Shown here: in pieces, positions 34,799-44,950 of the stretch
Layout: every line of letters starts with the position of its first letter
Position numbering within the stretch: the first letter of the stretch is position 1
NCBI GenBank assembly: GCA_049513575.1
Contig: JBEKVZ010000007.1
Span: 10,612-74,611 of the forward strand
DNA: 64,000 nucleotides
Source of the DNA: Gemmatimonadales bacterium
Lineage (GTDB): Bacteria > Gemmatimonadota > Gemmatimonadetes > Gemmatimonadales > JACORV01
Direction of reading: 5' to 3'
Made by a program: the position numbers and the translations under genes
The notes under the pieces: model-generated
The model's database searches: none
What the model was told of the DNA's origin: nothing
Seen by the model: the letters and a program-made list of their open reading frames with translations, nothing else

Positions 34799-35596
34799 GT
34801 GCCCCGATTCGAGCGCAATGAGCGCGGCGAGATGCCGTTCCTCGATCACCTCGAGGAGCTGCGCTGGCGGCTGATCTGGAGCCTGCTGGCGCTGACCATC
34901 GGGTTCGTCGTCGGGTTCGTGATCGTGGATGCGTTCAACGTGCTCGGCCTCCTCATGCGGCCGATCGCCCCGCATCTCCCCAACGGACGGCTCTATTTCA
35001 CGAGCCCGATCGAGCCGTTCATGCTCACGCTGAAGCTCGCGTTCTACACCGGGCTGGTCCTGGCCTCGCCGGTCATCGTCTGGCAGCTGTGGCGGTTCCT
35101 CTCGCCGGCGCTCTATGCGAAGGAGCGGCGGGTCGTGCTCCCGGTCGCGATCGCGGCCGCCGTGCTCTTCCTCGCCGGCGTGCTGCTGGCCTACCTGCTC
35201 GTGCTCCCCACCGCCATCCGGGTGCTGCTCGGCTTCCAGTCGCAGAGTCTGCAGCCGATCGTGACGGCGAAGGAGTACTTCGGCTTCGCGATGCAGGTGG
35301 TGATCGCCTTCGGCGCGATCTTCGAGATTCCGCTCGTGCTGCTGATGCTGGTCTACCTCAACGTCATCTCCGCGAGCTTCCTCGCCCGGAACCGTCGCTT
35401 CGCGATCGCCGGCAACGCGTTCCTCTCGATGCTGCTTTCGCCGCCGGACCTGGTCTCGATGACGCTGATGATGATCCCGGTGCAGTTGCTCTTCGAGGTC
35501 ACGGTCGTCATCGCGCGGGTGATGGAGCGCCGCCGCGCGAAGCGGCAGGCCTCCGAGGCGCCGTCCCCGGAGGCTGTCACCGCGGGCGAGGCGTAG
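34799..35596 (+). CDS. tatC: twin-arginine translocase subunit TatC
   Basis: FLDHLEELRWRL signature and six TM segments. The start could instead be ATG 34832. Confidence 0.9.
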   Translation: MPRFERNERGEMPFLDHLEELRWRLIWSLLALTIGFVVGFVIVDAFNVLGLLMRPIAPHLPNGRLYFTSPIEPFMLTLKLAFYTGLVLASPVIVWQLWRFLSPALYAKERRVVLPVAIAAAVLFLAGVLLAYLLVLPTAIRVLLGFQSQSLQPIVTAKEYFGFAMQVVIAFGAIFEIPLVLLMLVYLNVISASFLARNRRFAIAGNAFLSMLLSPPDLVSMTLMMIPVQLLFEVTVVIARVMERRRAKRQASEAPSPEAVTAGEA

Positions 35597-38412
35597 TGCG
35601 CCTCCGCCTGGCCGCACTCGCGATCGCGGCCGCGGCGTGCATCGCGGCGCCGGCCGCCGCGCAGGTGCCAGGGACCTTTCCGCCGGCCGGCCCCGCCCAG
35701 GCGGTGCGCCCCGACACCGGGCGCGCCCGCCGCGACTCGGCCGGCGTCGATACCTCCAAGGCCGGCCGTGGCGCGGGGCTCCCCGCCAAGCCGTCCCGCA
35801 GCTTCGCGACCCCCGATTCCGTCGCTGAGGCGCTGATCAAGCTCCGCGGCTTCCGGGTGACAAGGTACAGCGCGGACTCGGTCCAGTTCCTGCCGCCGGA
35901 GAAGCAGATTCGCCTCACCGGCAACTCGCTGCTGGAGCGCGACAACTCCACCCTCCAGGCCGATACCGTCGGCTACGACGAACACAACTGCCTGCTCACC
36001 GCCGCGGGCAGCCCGGAGATGTTCGATGCGCAGGGCGTCGTGGTCGGGCACGGGATGCGGTACGACGCCTGCAACCACGCCGGCATCGTCGGGAAGGCCA
36101 CGACCTCGTTCCCGGAGGGCTCGGCGACCTGGTACCTGCGCGGCAACATGGCGATGGACAATGAGGAGAACCGCACCTACGCGGCCGGCGCCACCATCAC
36201 CAGCTGCGACGACCCGGACCCGCACTATCACTTCGAGGCGCACGAGATCAAGTTCGTGTCCAAGAACCTGATGGTGGCGCGCCCGGCCCTTCTCTACGTC
36301 GCTGACGTCCCCATCCTCTGGATGCCGTTCATCTTCCAGGACATGCGGCACGGCCGGCATTCCGGCATGATCCCGCCGCAGTTCGGCATCAACGACATCG
36401 TCCGCAACTCGCCGACCTACCACCGTCACATCTCGAACTTCGGGTGGTACTGGGTGCTGGGCGACTACGCGGACGCGCAGGTGACGACGGATTGGTACGC
36501 GCAGAGCTTCTGGGACGTGAACGGCCGGGTGCGCTACCGCTGGCTGGACCGGTTCCTCGCCGGCGGCGTCTCCTACCAGGAGCTGCACGAGGTGGGCGGG
36601 GCCACGAGCGACCGCTTCACCTGGTACCACCAGCAGCAGTTCTCGCAGTCCAGCTCGCTCTCGGCCGGCATCGACTACGCGTCCAGCTCGCGCGTCATCT
36701 CGCGCAACGCCGTGGACCCGGTGCTCGCCGTCGCGACCATCGACAGCCGCGTCAACTACCAACAGACCTTCGCCTGGGGCTCGCTCTCCCTCGGCGGCAG
36801 CCGCACGCAGAACCTCGACAAGCCGCTGGTCACGATGTCGCTCCCCACGGTCGCCTTCACGCCGAACCCGATCGCCATCGGCCAGAACGTGACCTGGTCG
36901 CCCTCGTTCAACCTGACCAACGCGCTGCAGTACCAGCAGTCCACCGGGACCTACACCTTCACCGCGGCCGGGGATTCGTCCGAGATCCTGGCGAACTCGC
37001 GCCAGACCACCCTCTCGTTCTCGACGCCCTTCCGGATCGGCCGGTGGACGTGGAGCAACTCGTTCTCGGTGAACGACCAGGTCAGCGACGCGCACCGGAC
37101 GCTGCTGCTCCAGGACCCGGCCGATAGCACCAAGACGGCGGTGCGGAGCTACGCCGGGACCTTCGAGACCGACATCGACTGGAGCACGGGCATCGGGCTG
37201 CCCGTAGTGCTGCAGGGCACCTGGAACCTCCAGCCCTCCGTCAGCGTGGTGAACAAGACGGGGGGCGCCTTCCTGGTCCGCAGCCCCTACAGCGGCGGAG
37301 CGTTCGTGAGCCAGGGGAAGCGGCTGGGCTACAACCTCTCCATCTCGCCGACCTTCTTCGGCCTGTTCGGCGGGATCGGTCCGGTGGCGCGGTTCCGGCA
37401 CTCGATCTCCCCGAGCATCTCCTGGAGCTACTCGCCGGCCACCACGATCCCCGAGGCGTACGCGCGCGCCATCTCGACCAACGATTCGGTCGGCAACACC
37501 CACATCCCCGCGAGCCAGACGCTGACCTTCGGGCTCACGCAGAACCTCGAGGCGAAGCTGCGCCCGCCGCCGCTCCCGGCGGGGGACACGACCAAGGCCG
37601 CGAGCGACTCCGCCGGCGCCGCGCGCGAGGGGCCGAAGATCAAGCTGCTGTCCATCCAGACCAGCGGTCTCGCCATCGATCTCGAGCAGGCCAAGCGCGC
37701 CGGCCACACCGGCTGGACCACGGGCACGCTGTCCAACACCTTCAGCTCGGACCTGCTCCGCGACTTCAGCCTCTCGACGACCCACGACCTCTTCCAGGGC
37801 ACAGTCGGGACGGCGGGGTCGAAGTTCAGTCCGTACCTGACGAGCGTGTCCGCCCGCTTCTCCCTCGGGGCCAGCTTCCTGCAGTTCCTCGGCTCGCTGT
37901 TCGGCTTCGGCGCGGCGGCGCCGGCGCCGCCGCCGACCGCCGCGGCCCGGCGCGACTCCGTGCGCGCTGCCGACAGCATCCAGGTGCCGGCCATTCCCAA
38001 CTACGCCTTCCAGCGGGGCCCGCTCCAGAACCAGCCGGCCGCGCCCGACCGGATGCTGCCGCGCGGCGCGGTGGGCTCGTTCCGCGCGTCGCTGGCCTTC
38101 GACCTCCAGCGCACCAGACCCGTCCCCGGCCAGATCACGCCGCCGACCCGCAGCACGCTGAACGGCAGCATCTCCTTCTCGCCGACGCGCGACTGGTCGG
38201 TGTCGTGGCAGACCCTCTACGACTTCACGGCCGGCAAGTTCGGCTCGCACGTCCTGACCTTGAACCGCAACATGCACGACTGGCACGCCACGTTCAGCTT
38301 CGTGCAGTCGCCCAACGGGAACGTCGTCTTCAACTTCAACATCACCCTGATCGATCAGCCGGAGATCAAGTTCGACTACGATCAGCGGAACCTGCCGTCG
38401 ACCCCGTACTGA
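35596..38412 (+). CDS. large outer-membrane beta-barrel protein, LptD/OstA-like
   Basis: GTG 35596 overlaps the tatC stop. Signal peptide AAPAAAQ, OstA-like N-domain, long beta-rich C-part ending in an aromatic residue. Confidence 0.55.
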   Translation: MRLRLAALAIAAAACIAAPAAAQVPGTFPPAGPAQAVRPDTGRARRDSAGVDTSKAGRGAGLPAKPSRSFATPDSVAEALIKLRGFRVTRYSADSVQFLPPEKQIRLTGNSLLERDNSTLQADTVGYDEHNCLLTAAGSPEMFDAQGVVVGHGMRYDACNHAGIVGKATTSFPEGSATWYLRGNMAMDNEENRTYAAGATITSCDDPDPHYHFEAHEIKFVSKNLMVARPALLYVADVPILWMPFIFQDMRHGRHSGMIPPQFGINDIVRNSPTYHRHISNFGWYWVLGDYADAQVTTDWYAQSFWDVNGRVRYRWLDRFLAGGVSYQELHEVGGATSDRFTWYHQQQFSQSSSLSAGIDYASSSRVISRNAVDPVLAVATIDSRVNYQQTFAWGSLSLGGSRTQNLDKPLVTMSLPTVAFTPNPIAIGQNVTWSPSFNLTNALQYQQSTGTYTFTAAGDSSEILANSRQTTLSFSTPFRIGRWTWSNSFSVNDQVSDAHRTLLLQDPADSTKTAVRSYAGTFETDIDWSTGIGLPVVLQGTWNLQPSVSVVNKTGGAFLVRSPYSGGAFVSQGKRLGYNLSISPTFFGLFGGIGPVARFRHSISPSISWSYSPATTIPEAYARAISTNDSVGNTHIPASQTLTFGLTQNLEAKLRPPPLPAGDTTKAASDSAGAAREGPKIKLLSIQTSGLAIDLEQAKRAGHTGWTTGTLSNTFSSDLLRDFSLSTTHDLFQGTVGTAGSKFSPYLTSVSARFSLGASFLQFLGSLFGFGAAAPAPPPTAAARRDSVRAADSIQVPAIPNYAFQRGPLQNQPAAPDRMLPRGAVGSFRASLAFDLQRTRPVPGQITPPTRSTLNGSISFSPTRDWSVSWQTLYDFTAGKFGSHVLTLNRNMHDWHATFSFVQSPNGNVVFNFNITLIDQPEIKFDYDQRNLPSTPY

Positions 38413-38417
38413 GCAGC

Positions 38418-38438
38418 GGCGCCGCCTCCGGCGGCGCC
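38418..38438 (+). terminator. GC-rich hairpin after the lptD-like gene
   Basis: GGCGCCGCC tcc GGCGGCGCC: a perfect 9-bp stem with a 3-nt loop, 6 nt after the stop. No U-tract follows. Confidence 0.4.
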
Positions 38439-38618
38439 GTGCAATCGCCCCCGCCTCGCAACCAGCCTCTCCAGACTGTCCTGGCTGGGTGACACCCGGG
38501 CCCGGTCGAATGTCACACGCTGGTTTCTATCCACTTGAGCCGCAACGAGTTGGAGCGATCACCGGCGCCAGGCACGACACGTGCGTTTGATGGGGTCGGA
38601 CCCTCGCTGGAGCGGCAC

Positions 38619-39473
38619 ATGCGTCGGCTTCCCCTGCTGATCCCGTTGGTCGTGGCCTCCGCGGCCGCGCTGAACGCCTGCTACGATCGCGGCGTGAGCA
38701 ACCCGACCGTCGTCACCGTGCCCGCGCCGACCTATCTGAACAGCGTCTCGCTCAACGGCGCGGTGTACCTCAGCTGGGACGACACGCCGTACGCAAGCTC
38801 CCCGAACGCCTTCTCGCACTACCAGGTCTACAGTACGAGCTACGACTTGGACCACAACCTGTGCGGCAGCAGCTGGAGCGTGGAGGGGACCACCGTCTCG
38901 CCCGAGTTCCTGGTCGGCGCGCTCACGAACGGCGTGCCGCTCTGCTTGGCCGTCTCGGCGATCTCTGTGGACGACTATGAGAGCGACCGGTCGCCGCTCC
39001 GGAACGACACGCCGCGGCCCGATGCGCGGAACGTGGTGCTCTTCTCGACCGACACGCTGTCCGGTCAGCAGAGCGGCTTCCGCTTCTGGCTCGACGCCAA
39101 CGGCAACGCGCAGGTGGACGTCGGGGAGCTGGGGCTGGTCGGCAACAGCGCGACCGGCGCCAACGACTTCATCCTCACCCGCAACGCGAGCCGGCTCTGG
39201 CTGACGCCGCAGCGCTCCGGCGTGACGATGCAGGTGTATGGCACGACGCCGATCGCCGACCTCACTTCCATCGATCTCGCACCGAACGGTGGGTACAGCG
39301 GGAGCGCGATCAGCGCGGCGCCGATGTGGGGCTACGTGTTCCAGATCGTCGAGGGGCAGTTCTACAAGTACGGCGCGATCCGCGTCACGGCGGTCGGCCC
39401 GAACTACGTCATCTTCGACTGGTCGTACCAGACGGATCCCGGGAATCCGGAGCTGGTGCCGGGCAAGAGGTGA
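38619..39473 (+). CDS. hypothetical lipoprotein with FN3-like segment
   Basis: ATG 38619 gives the lipobox signal MRRLPLLIPLVVASAAALNAC. No family recognised. High GC3 supports coding. Confidence 0.55.
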   Translation: MRRLPLLIPLVVASAAALNACYDRGVSNPTVVTVPAPTYLNSVSLNGAVYLSWDDTPYASSPNAFSHYQVYSTSYDLDHNLCGSSWSVEGTTVSPEFLVGALTNGVPLCLAVSAISVDDYESDRSPLRNDTPRPDARNVVLFSTDTLSGQQSGFRFWLDANGNAQVDVGELGLVGNSATGANDFILTRNASRLWLTPQRSGVTMQVYGTTPIADLTSIDLAPNGGYSGSAISAAPMWGYVFQIVEGQFYKYGAIRVTAVGPNYVIFDWSYQTDPGNPELVPGKR

Positions 39474-39625
39474 GACAAGTGAGAAGGGCCAGGTGAGACG
39501 GCGAAGTGCGGGGTGAGAGGTGAGAGGCCGCGCCGCAGCTGACGGGCGACCTCTCACCTCTCGCGCTTCTCGACCTCTCGCCTCTCACTTTGCCCTCTCA
39601 GGTTTTTCCCCTCTCACCCCGCACG
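39468..39625. repeat. long imperfect palindrome, GTGAGAG family (copy B1)
   Basis: GTGAGA core occurs 5x on the left arm and TCTCAC/TCTCGC about 6x on the right. Inner 13-bp stem GAGAGGTGAGAGG/CCTCTCACCTCTC. GTGCGGGGTGAGAGG at 39506 has a perfect complement at 39611. Confidence 0.85.
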
Positions 39626-39641
39626 CCTTATCTTTGGAGCC

Positions 39642-41309
39642 ATGACCACGCTCGCCGGACCCCGCACGGTGCGCGCTCCCCGGGGTTCCTCGATTTCCTG
39701 CCGCGGCTGGGTGCAGGAAGCGGCCATGCGCATGCTGATGAACAACCTCGACCCCGACGTCGCCGAGCGGCCGGACGACCTCGTCGTGTACGGCGGCACG
39801 GGCCGGGCCTGCCGCTCCTGGGAGGCGTTCGAGGCAATCGTCGCCTCGCTGCGTACGCTCGGGAACGACGAGACACTGCTGGTCGCGAGCGGCAAGCCGG
39901 TCGGGATCTTCACCACGCACCCCGATGCGCCGCGGGTCCTCATCGCCAACGCGAATCTGGTCGGCCGGTGGGCGACCTGGGACGTGTTCCGCGAGCTGGA
40001 GAAGAAGGGCCTGATCATGTACGGCCAGATGACGGCCGGCTCGTGGATCTACATCGGCACGCAGGGGATCCTCCAGGGCACCTACGAGACCTTTGGCGCG
40101 GTCGCGCGGCAGCACTTTGGCGGCTCGCTGAAGGGCCGGCTGATCCTCTCCGGCGGCTTGGGCGGGATGGGGGGCGCGCAGCCGCTCGCGGCGACGATGA
40201 ACGAGGGCGTGTTCCTCGGCGTTGAGGTGGATCCGGCGCGCATCCGCCGCCGCATCGAGACGCGCTACCTGGACAAGGAGACCACGTCGCTCGACGAGGC
40301 GCTCCGCTGGTGCGACGAGGCGAAGCGGCAGGGCAGGGCGCTGAGCGTCGGGCTCCTCGGCAACTGCGCCGTGGTGCTGCCGGAGATCGTGCGCCGCGGC
40401 GTGGTCCCCGACGTCCTCACCGATCAGACCTCGGCGCACGACTCCCTGAACGGATACGTGCCGGAGGGCCTGTCGCTTGAGGCGGCGGCCGCGCTGCGGC
40501 AGTCCGACCCGAAGGCGTACGTGCGCCGCGCGATGGACTCGATGGCGGTGCACGTGCGCGCGATGCTGGAGCTGATGCGGAAGGGCGCGGTCACGTTCGA
40601 CTACGGGAACAACATCCGCACGCAGGCGCACGACGCCGGCGTCGCCGACGCGTTTGCCTTCCCCGGCTTCGTCCCGGCATACGTGCGCCCGCTCTTCTGC
40701 GAGGGGAAGGGGCCGTTCCGCTGGGTCGCCCTCTCCGGCGATTCGAAGGACCTGGCGCGCACTGACCGGCTGGTCCTCGATCTCTTCCCGGAGAACGAGC
40801 ACCTCCGGCGCTGGATCACGCTGGCGCGGGAGCGGGTGGCCTTCCAGGGCCTACCGGCGCGGATCTGCTGGCTGGGTCAGGGAGAGCGCGCGCGGTTCGG
40901 CCTCGCGCTGAACGACCTGGTGGCGCGCGGCGAGATCACGGCCCCGGTGGTGATCGGTCGCGACCACCTGGACACCGGGTCGGTCGCGTCGCCCTTCCGG
41001 GAGACCGAGGCGATGCTCGACGGGTCCGATGCGATCGCTGACTGGCCTGTGCTGAACGCGATGCTCAACGTGGCCAGCGGGGCCTCGTGGGTCTCGTTCC
41101 ATCACGGCGGAGGCGTCGGGATCGGCAACTCGCTGCACGCCGGCCAGGTGATCGTCGCCGAGGGGAGCAAGGGAGCGGCGGCACGGCTCGAGCGCGTGCT
41201 GACCAACGATCCGGGCATCGGCGTCGCTCGCCATGCGGACGCCGGTTACGACCTCGCCGTCGAGACCGCCCGGCGGCACCACATTCGCCTGCCGATGCAA
41301 GGTGCCTGA
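39642..41309 (+). CDS. hutU: urocanate hydratase
   Basis: 555 aa. Full-length urocanase pattern ([29 protein letters not shown]). Confidence 0.95.
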   Translation: MTTLAGPRTVRAPRGSSISCRGWVQEAAMRMLMNNLDPDVAERPDDLVVYGGTGRACRSWEAFEAIVASLRTLGNDETLLVASGKPVGIFTTHPDAPRVLIANANLVGRWATWDVFRELEKKGLIMYGQMTAGSWIYIGTQGILQGTYETFGAVARQHFGGSLKGRLILSGGLGGMGGAQPLAATMNEGVFLGVEVDPARIRRRIETRYLDKETTSLDEALRWCDEAKRQGRALSVGLLGNCAVVLPEIVRRGVVPDVLTDQTSAHDSLNGYVPEGLSLEAAAALRQSDPKAYVRRAMDSMAVHVRAMLELMRKGAVTFDYGNNIRTQAHDAGVADAFAFPGFVPAYVRPLFCEGKGPFRWVALSGDSKDLARTDRLVLDLFPENEHLRRWITLARERVAFQGLPARICWLGQGERARFGLALNDLVARGEITAPVVIGRDHLDTGSVASPFRETEAMLDGSDAIADWPVLNAMLNVASGASWVSFHHGGGVGIGNSLHAGQVIVAEGSKGAAARLERVLTNDPGIGVARHADAGYDLAVETARRHHIRLPMQGA

Positions 41310-42612
41310 GGGCCGCCGCCTCGCCTTCGTGGGCGCGGGCGCCGTGGCCACCGGCCCCGCCGCCCCCGGCCCGGTCCGCCATCCCGCCTGGGACGATGTC
41401 GGCCTCAAGACCGGCGTCGGCGTCGGTGTGGAGGACGGGCGGATCGCGCTCATCGCGTCGGACGACGAAGTGGGGGAGTGGTTCCACGCGGCCCGGTCGC
41501 CGGACGCGCTGGTGGAGTGCGGCGGGCGCCTGATCACCGCCGGGCTGGTGGACCCGCACACCCACGCGCTGTTCGGGAAGCCGCGCCTCGAGGACCACGC
41601 GCGCCGCGCCCGGGGCGACGACTACAAGGCGATCGCGGCGGCGGGCGGAGGGATCCTCTCCTCGGTCGCCGATTTCCGGTCGCGCAGCGAGGACAGCCTC
41701 GTCGCGCTCGCCCTGCCGCGGCTGGCGATGCTGGCCGCCCTCGGAACCACGGCCGTCGAGATCAAGTCGGGCTACGGCCTCTCGGTCGAACACGAGCTGA
41801 AGGCGCTGCGCGCCATCGCGCGGCTCAGGAACGAGGTCCCGCTCCAGATCGTCGCCACCTTCCTCGGTGCGCACGAGGTGCCGGCCGAGTACCGCTCCCG
41901 CCGCGACGCCTACGTCCGCCTGGTCATCGAGGAGATGCTGCCGGCCGTCGCGCACTCCGCCCTCGCGACCTTCTGCGATGTCTTCTGCGAGCCCGGCGTC
42001 TTCAGCGTGGAGGAGAGCGAGGCGATCCTGCGGGCGGCCGCGGCCCTGGGGCTGGGGCTCAAGGTGCACGCGGACGAACTGGACCCCTCCGGCGGGGCGG
42101 AGCTGGCGGCGCGCCTCGGCGCCGCGTCGGCCGACCATCTCGGCGCCATCTCGCCGGCCGGCGTCGAGGCCCTCGCGGCCAGCGAGACCGCCGCCGTGCT
42201 GCTCCCGGGCACCCTGGTCTTCCTCGGCCGGAGCCGCCAGGCGCCGGCGCGCGCCCTCCTCGAGGCGGGCGCCATCGTCGCGCTCGCCACCGATTTCAAC
42301 CCCGGCTCGTCCCCGAGCGCCAACCTGCCCCTGATGATGGCCCTCGCCGTCAGCCAGGCTCGAATGCAGCCTGAGGAGGCCTTCATCGCCGCCACGGCGA
42401 ACGCCGCCCACGCCATCCGGCTGCCCGGTGGGCGGGGCACCCTCGCCGTGGGCGTCCCCGCCGACCTGGTGGTGTGGAATTGCCGGGACCTCCGGGAGCT
42501 GGCCTACTGGTACGGAATTCCGCTTGCCTGGCGGGTTTACGCCTCCGGTTATCCTTGTTTTGGGGGGGGCTGGGGAATATCTTCCCCAGGTTCCGCTGGA
42601 ACGGTGCTCTAG
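41302..42612 (+). CDS. hutI: imidazolonepropionase
   Basis: GTG 41302 overlaps the hutU end. Amidohydrolase motifs [25 protein letters not shown]. The start is uncertain. Confidence 0.85.
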   Translation: MPEGRRLAFVGAGAVATGPAAPGPVRHPAWDDVGLKTGVGVGVEDGRIALIASDDEVGEWFHAARSPDALVECGGRLITAGLVDPHTHALFGKPRLEDHARRARGDDYKAIAAAGGGILSSVADFRSRSEDSLVALALPRLAMLAALGTTAVEIKSGYGLSVEHELKALRAIARLRNEVPLQIVATFLGAHEVPAEYRSRRDAYVRLVIEEMLPAVAHSALATFCDVFCEPGVFSVEESEAILRAAAALGLGLKVHADELDPSGGAELAARLGAASADHLGAISPAGVEALAASETAAVLLPGTLVFLGRSRQAPARALLEAGAIVALATDFNPGSSPSANLPLMMALAVSQARMQPEEAFIAATANAAHAIRLPGGRGTLAVGVPADLVVWNCRDLRELAYWYGIPLAWRVYASGYPCFGGGWGISSPGSAGTVL

Positions 42613-42639
42613 CCGCCGATGTCCTGAACCGTCGGGCAC

Positions 42640-44946
42640 ATGGCGAATCTCGAGAAGTACAAGGAAAAAGCCCGGAAATTCGAGCAGAAGGAGCAGTGGG
42701 CGAAGGCGATCGAGGAGTATTCCCAGGCCATCGAGGAGATGGAGGGAATGCCCGAGATCCCGGAGGCCGAGCTGCCGCTGTACAACCGTGCCGGCGACCT
42801 GCACGCGAAGGTCGGCGACGCGCAGATGGCCGTCTCGCTCTACGAGCGCGCGGTTGACAAGTACCAGGAGATCGGGCTGGCGAACAATGCCATCGCCCTC
42901 TGCAACAAGATCGTCCGCCTCACGCCCGGCCGCGCCCAGATCTACCTCAAGCTCGGGATGCTCTTCGCCTCCAAGGGGTTTGGCGCGGAGGCGAAGACCA
43001 ACCTGCTCGAGTACGCCGACCGGATGCAGAAGGCCGGCCAGCTCGAGGAGGCGTTCAAGGCGCTGAAGAAGTTCGCTGAAATGACGCCGGGGCAGGACGA
43101 GATCTGGTCGGTGCTGACGCAGCAGCTGCGCGCCTCGGCGAAGACGCCCGAACAGAAGGAGCAGGTCGAGAAGCTGCTCAGCGAGTTCGAGGCGAAGGAC
43201 AAGGCGACCCAGCAGCGCAAGTCGCGGATGAGCCGGCATCAGATCACCGGCGAGGAGCTGCCGCCCGAGACCGGGCCGAAGAAGGGCGAGCTCGTCTTCC
43301 TCGATCTCGACGAGGCGCCGGCGCCGCGCAAGAGCACGGTCGCTGCCGCGCCGCCCAAGGCCGCCGTGCCGCCGCCCGCGCCCCCTCCGCCCCCTCCGCC
43401 GGCCCCGCGGAAGACCGCGCCGCCGGAGCCGGCGCCGGAGCCCGAGATCGTGCCGCTCGAGATCGAGCAGACGTCGCTCGCATCGGCCGAAGAGGCGGCG
43501 CCGACCATCCCGACGCTCGAGATCGAGAGCACCTCCCTCGCCGAAGAGGTGCCCGCGCCCGCAGGCGGCGCCGATCTGGGGCTGGAGCCGACATCACTGT
43601 CGGAGCCGACGGCGGAGGCGCCCGCGCTGTCGGAGCCGGAGGTGCCCGCGCTGTTGGAGCCGGAGGCGCCCGCGCCTCCCGAGCCCGCCGCGGTCGCCGA
43701 GGACCTCGGCATCCTGGACCTCGAGATGCCCGAGGCGCCCGCAGAGGAGCTGGCCGCAGGCGCTGCCATCGAGGGCCTGCCGATGCTCGACATGGGCGAA
43801 GCGGAGGCGGCGCCGGCGGCCCCCGAGATCGAGGTGCCGGCGCTCGAGGAGCCCGCGACGGCGGCGGAGGCCCCCGTGGCGGGCGGCTCCACGCTTGAGT
43901 TCATCGACCTGGGCGACGTCGAGGTCGCCGAGGGGCCGTCGGCGGCCGACCTCGAGAAGCGGGTCGCGAAGGACGCGCAGGACTGGGAGGGGCACCGCCT
44001 GCTCGGCGAGGCGCTGCTCGCGGACGGCGAGCGGGAGCGCGGCATCGCCGAGCTGGACGCCGCGCTGGAGGGTCTCGAGCAGGCCGACAACCTCGATGGC
44101 GCGAACGCGATCGCGGAAGAGATCCTGCGCCTCGAGCCCAACAGCGTGCGCCACCACCAGAAGCGCGTGGAGCTGGCATTCCGCCAGGGCGACCGCGCGC
44201 GGCTGGCCGACGCCTACCTCGAGCTGGCCGACGCGCTGCTGCGCTCCGGCGAGGCCGACAAGGCGGTCGCAGTCTACCAGCGCGTGCTGGAGCATGATCC
44301 GGCGAACGAGCGCGCCAAGTCCGCCATCGAGACGCTCGCGCCGCCGCCGTCCGCGGCGCCACCGCCGCGGCGCGCCACGCGGCCGCCGGCCCCCGTCGCC
44401 GCCCCCGCGGGGGGCGGAGACTTCGTGGACCTCGGCGCGATGCTGCTCGACGAGGAGGCGCCGAAAGACACCCGGATGCGGATCGAGGACGAGGAGCCTT
44501 CGGGGGACGAGCAGAAGGACTTCCAGACGATGCTCAGCGCGTTCAAGAAGGGCGTCGAGGCGAACGTGGACGAAGCGGACTTCCAGAGCCACTACGATCT
44601 CGGCGTCGCTTACAAGGAGATGGGGCTGCTCGACGAGGCGATCGCGGAGTTCCAGAAGGCCCTGCGCTCCCCGGAGGGGAAGCTCCGCGCGTCGGAGGCG
44701 CTCGGGCTCTGCTTCTTCGAGAAGGGGCAGTTCACGGTGGCGGAGACCATCCTGCGCCGCGCGCTCGATCTGCCGGCCAGCGGCGACGCGGAGCGGGTGG
44801 GGCTTCTCTACTGGCTGGGCCGCACCCAGGAGGAACTGGGGAAGACCCCGGACGCGCTCGTCTCGTACCACCGGGTGTTTGCGGTGGAGATCACCTTCCA
44901 GGACGTGAGCCAGCGGGTGAAATCATTGTCCCACGCGGGGGCCTAG
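42640..44946 (+). CDS. large TPR protein with acidic Pro/Ala/Glu-rich repetitive core
   Basis: 768 aa. N- and C-terminal TPR units (HYDLGVAYKEMGLLDEAIAEFQKAL) flank about 250 aa of low-complexity sequence. Confidence 0.7.
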   Translation: MANLEKYKEKARKFEQKEQWAKAIEEYSQAIEEMEGMPEIPEAELPLYNRAGDLHAKVGDAQMAVSLYERAVDKYQEIGLANNAIALCNKIVRLTPGRAQIYLKLGMLFASKGFGAEAKTNLLEYADRMQKAGQLEEAFKALKKFAEMTPGQDEIWSVLTQQLRASAKTPEQKEQVEKLLSEFEAKDKATQQRKSRMSRHQITGEELPPETGPKKGELVFLDLDEAPAPRKSTVAAAPPKAAVPPPAPPPPPPPAPRKTAPPEPAPEPEIVPLEIEQTSLASAEEAAPTIPTLEIESTSLAEEVPAPAGGADLGLEPTSLSEPTAEAPALSEPEVPALLEPEAPAPPEPAAVAEDLGILDLEMPEAPAEELAAGAAIEGLPMLDMGEAEAAPAAPEIEVPALEEPATAAEAPVAGGSTLEFIDLGDVEVAEGPSAADLEKRVAKDAQDWEGHRLLGEALLADGERERGIAELDAALEGLEQADNLDGANAIAEEILRLEPNSVRHHQKRVELAFRQGDRARLADAYLELADALLRSGEADKAVAVYQRVLEHDPANERAKSAIETLAPPPSAAPPPRRATRPPAPVAAPAGGGDFVDLGAMLLDEEAPKDTRMRIEDEEPSGDEQKDFQTMLSAFKKGVEANVDEADFQSHYDLGVAYKEMGLLDEAIAEFQKALRSPEGKLRASEALGLCFFEKGQFTVAETILRRALDLPASGDAERVGLLYWLGRTQEELGKTPDALVSYHRVFAVEITFQDVSQRVKSLSHAGA
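43615..43686 (+). repeat. 3 x 24-nt in-frame tandem repeat inside the TPR gene
   Basis: GAGGCGCCCGCGCTGTCGGAGCCG / GAGGTGCCCGCGCTGTTGGAGCCG / GAGGCGCCCGCGCCTCCCGAGCCC, encoding EAPALSEP / EVPALLEP / EAPAPPEP. Confidence 0.8.
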
Positions 44947-44950
44947 CCGG

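Noticed and set aside
38489-38516. GTGACA-N16-TGTCAC inverted repeat upstream of the lipoprotein gene as a regulator operator
   Set aside because: It is a single 6-bp half-site pair with unusual spacing and no second occurrence in the window. Chance cannot be excluded.
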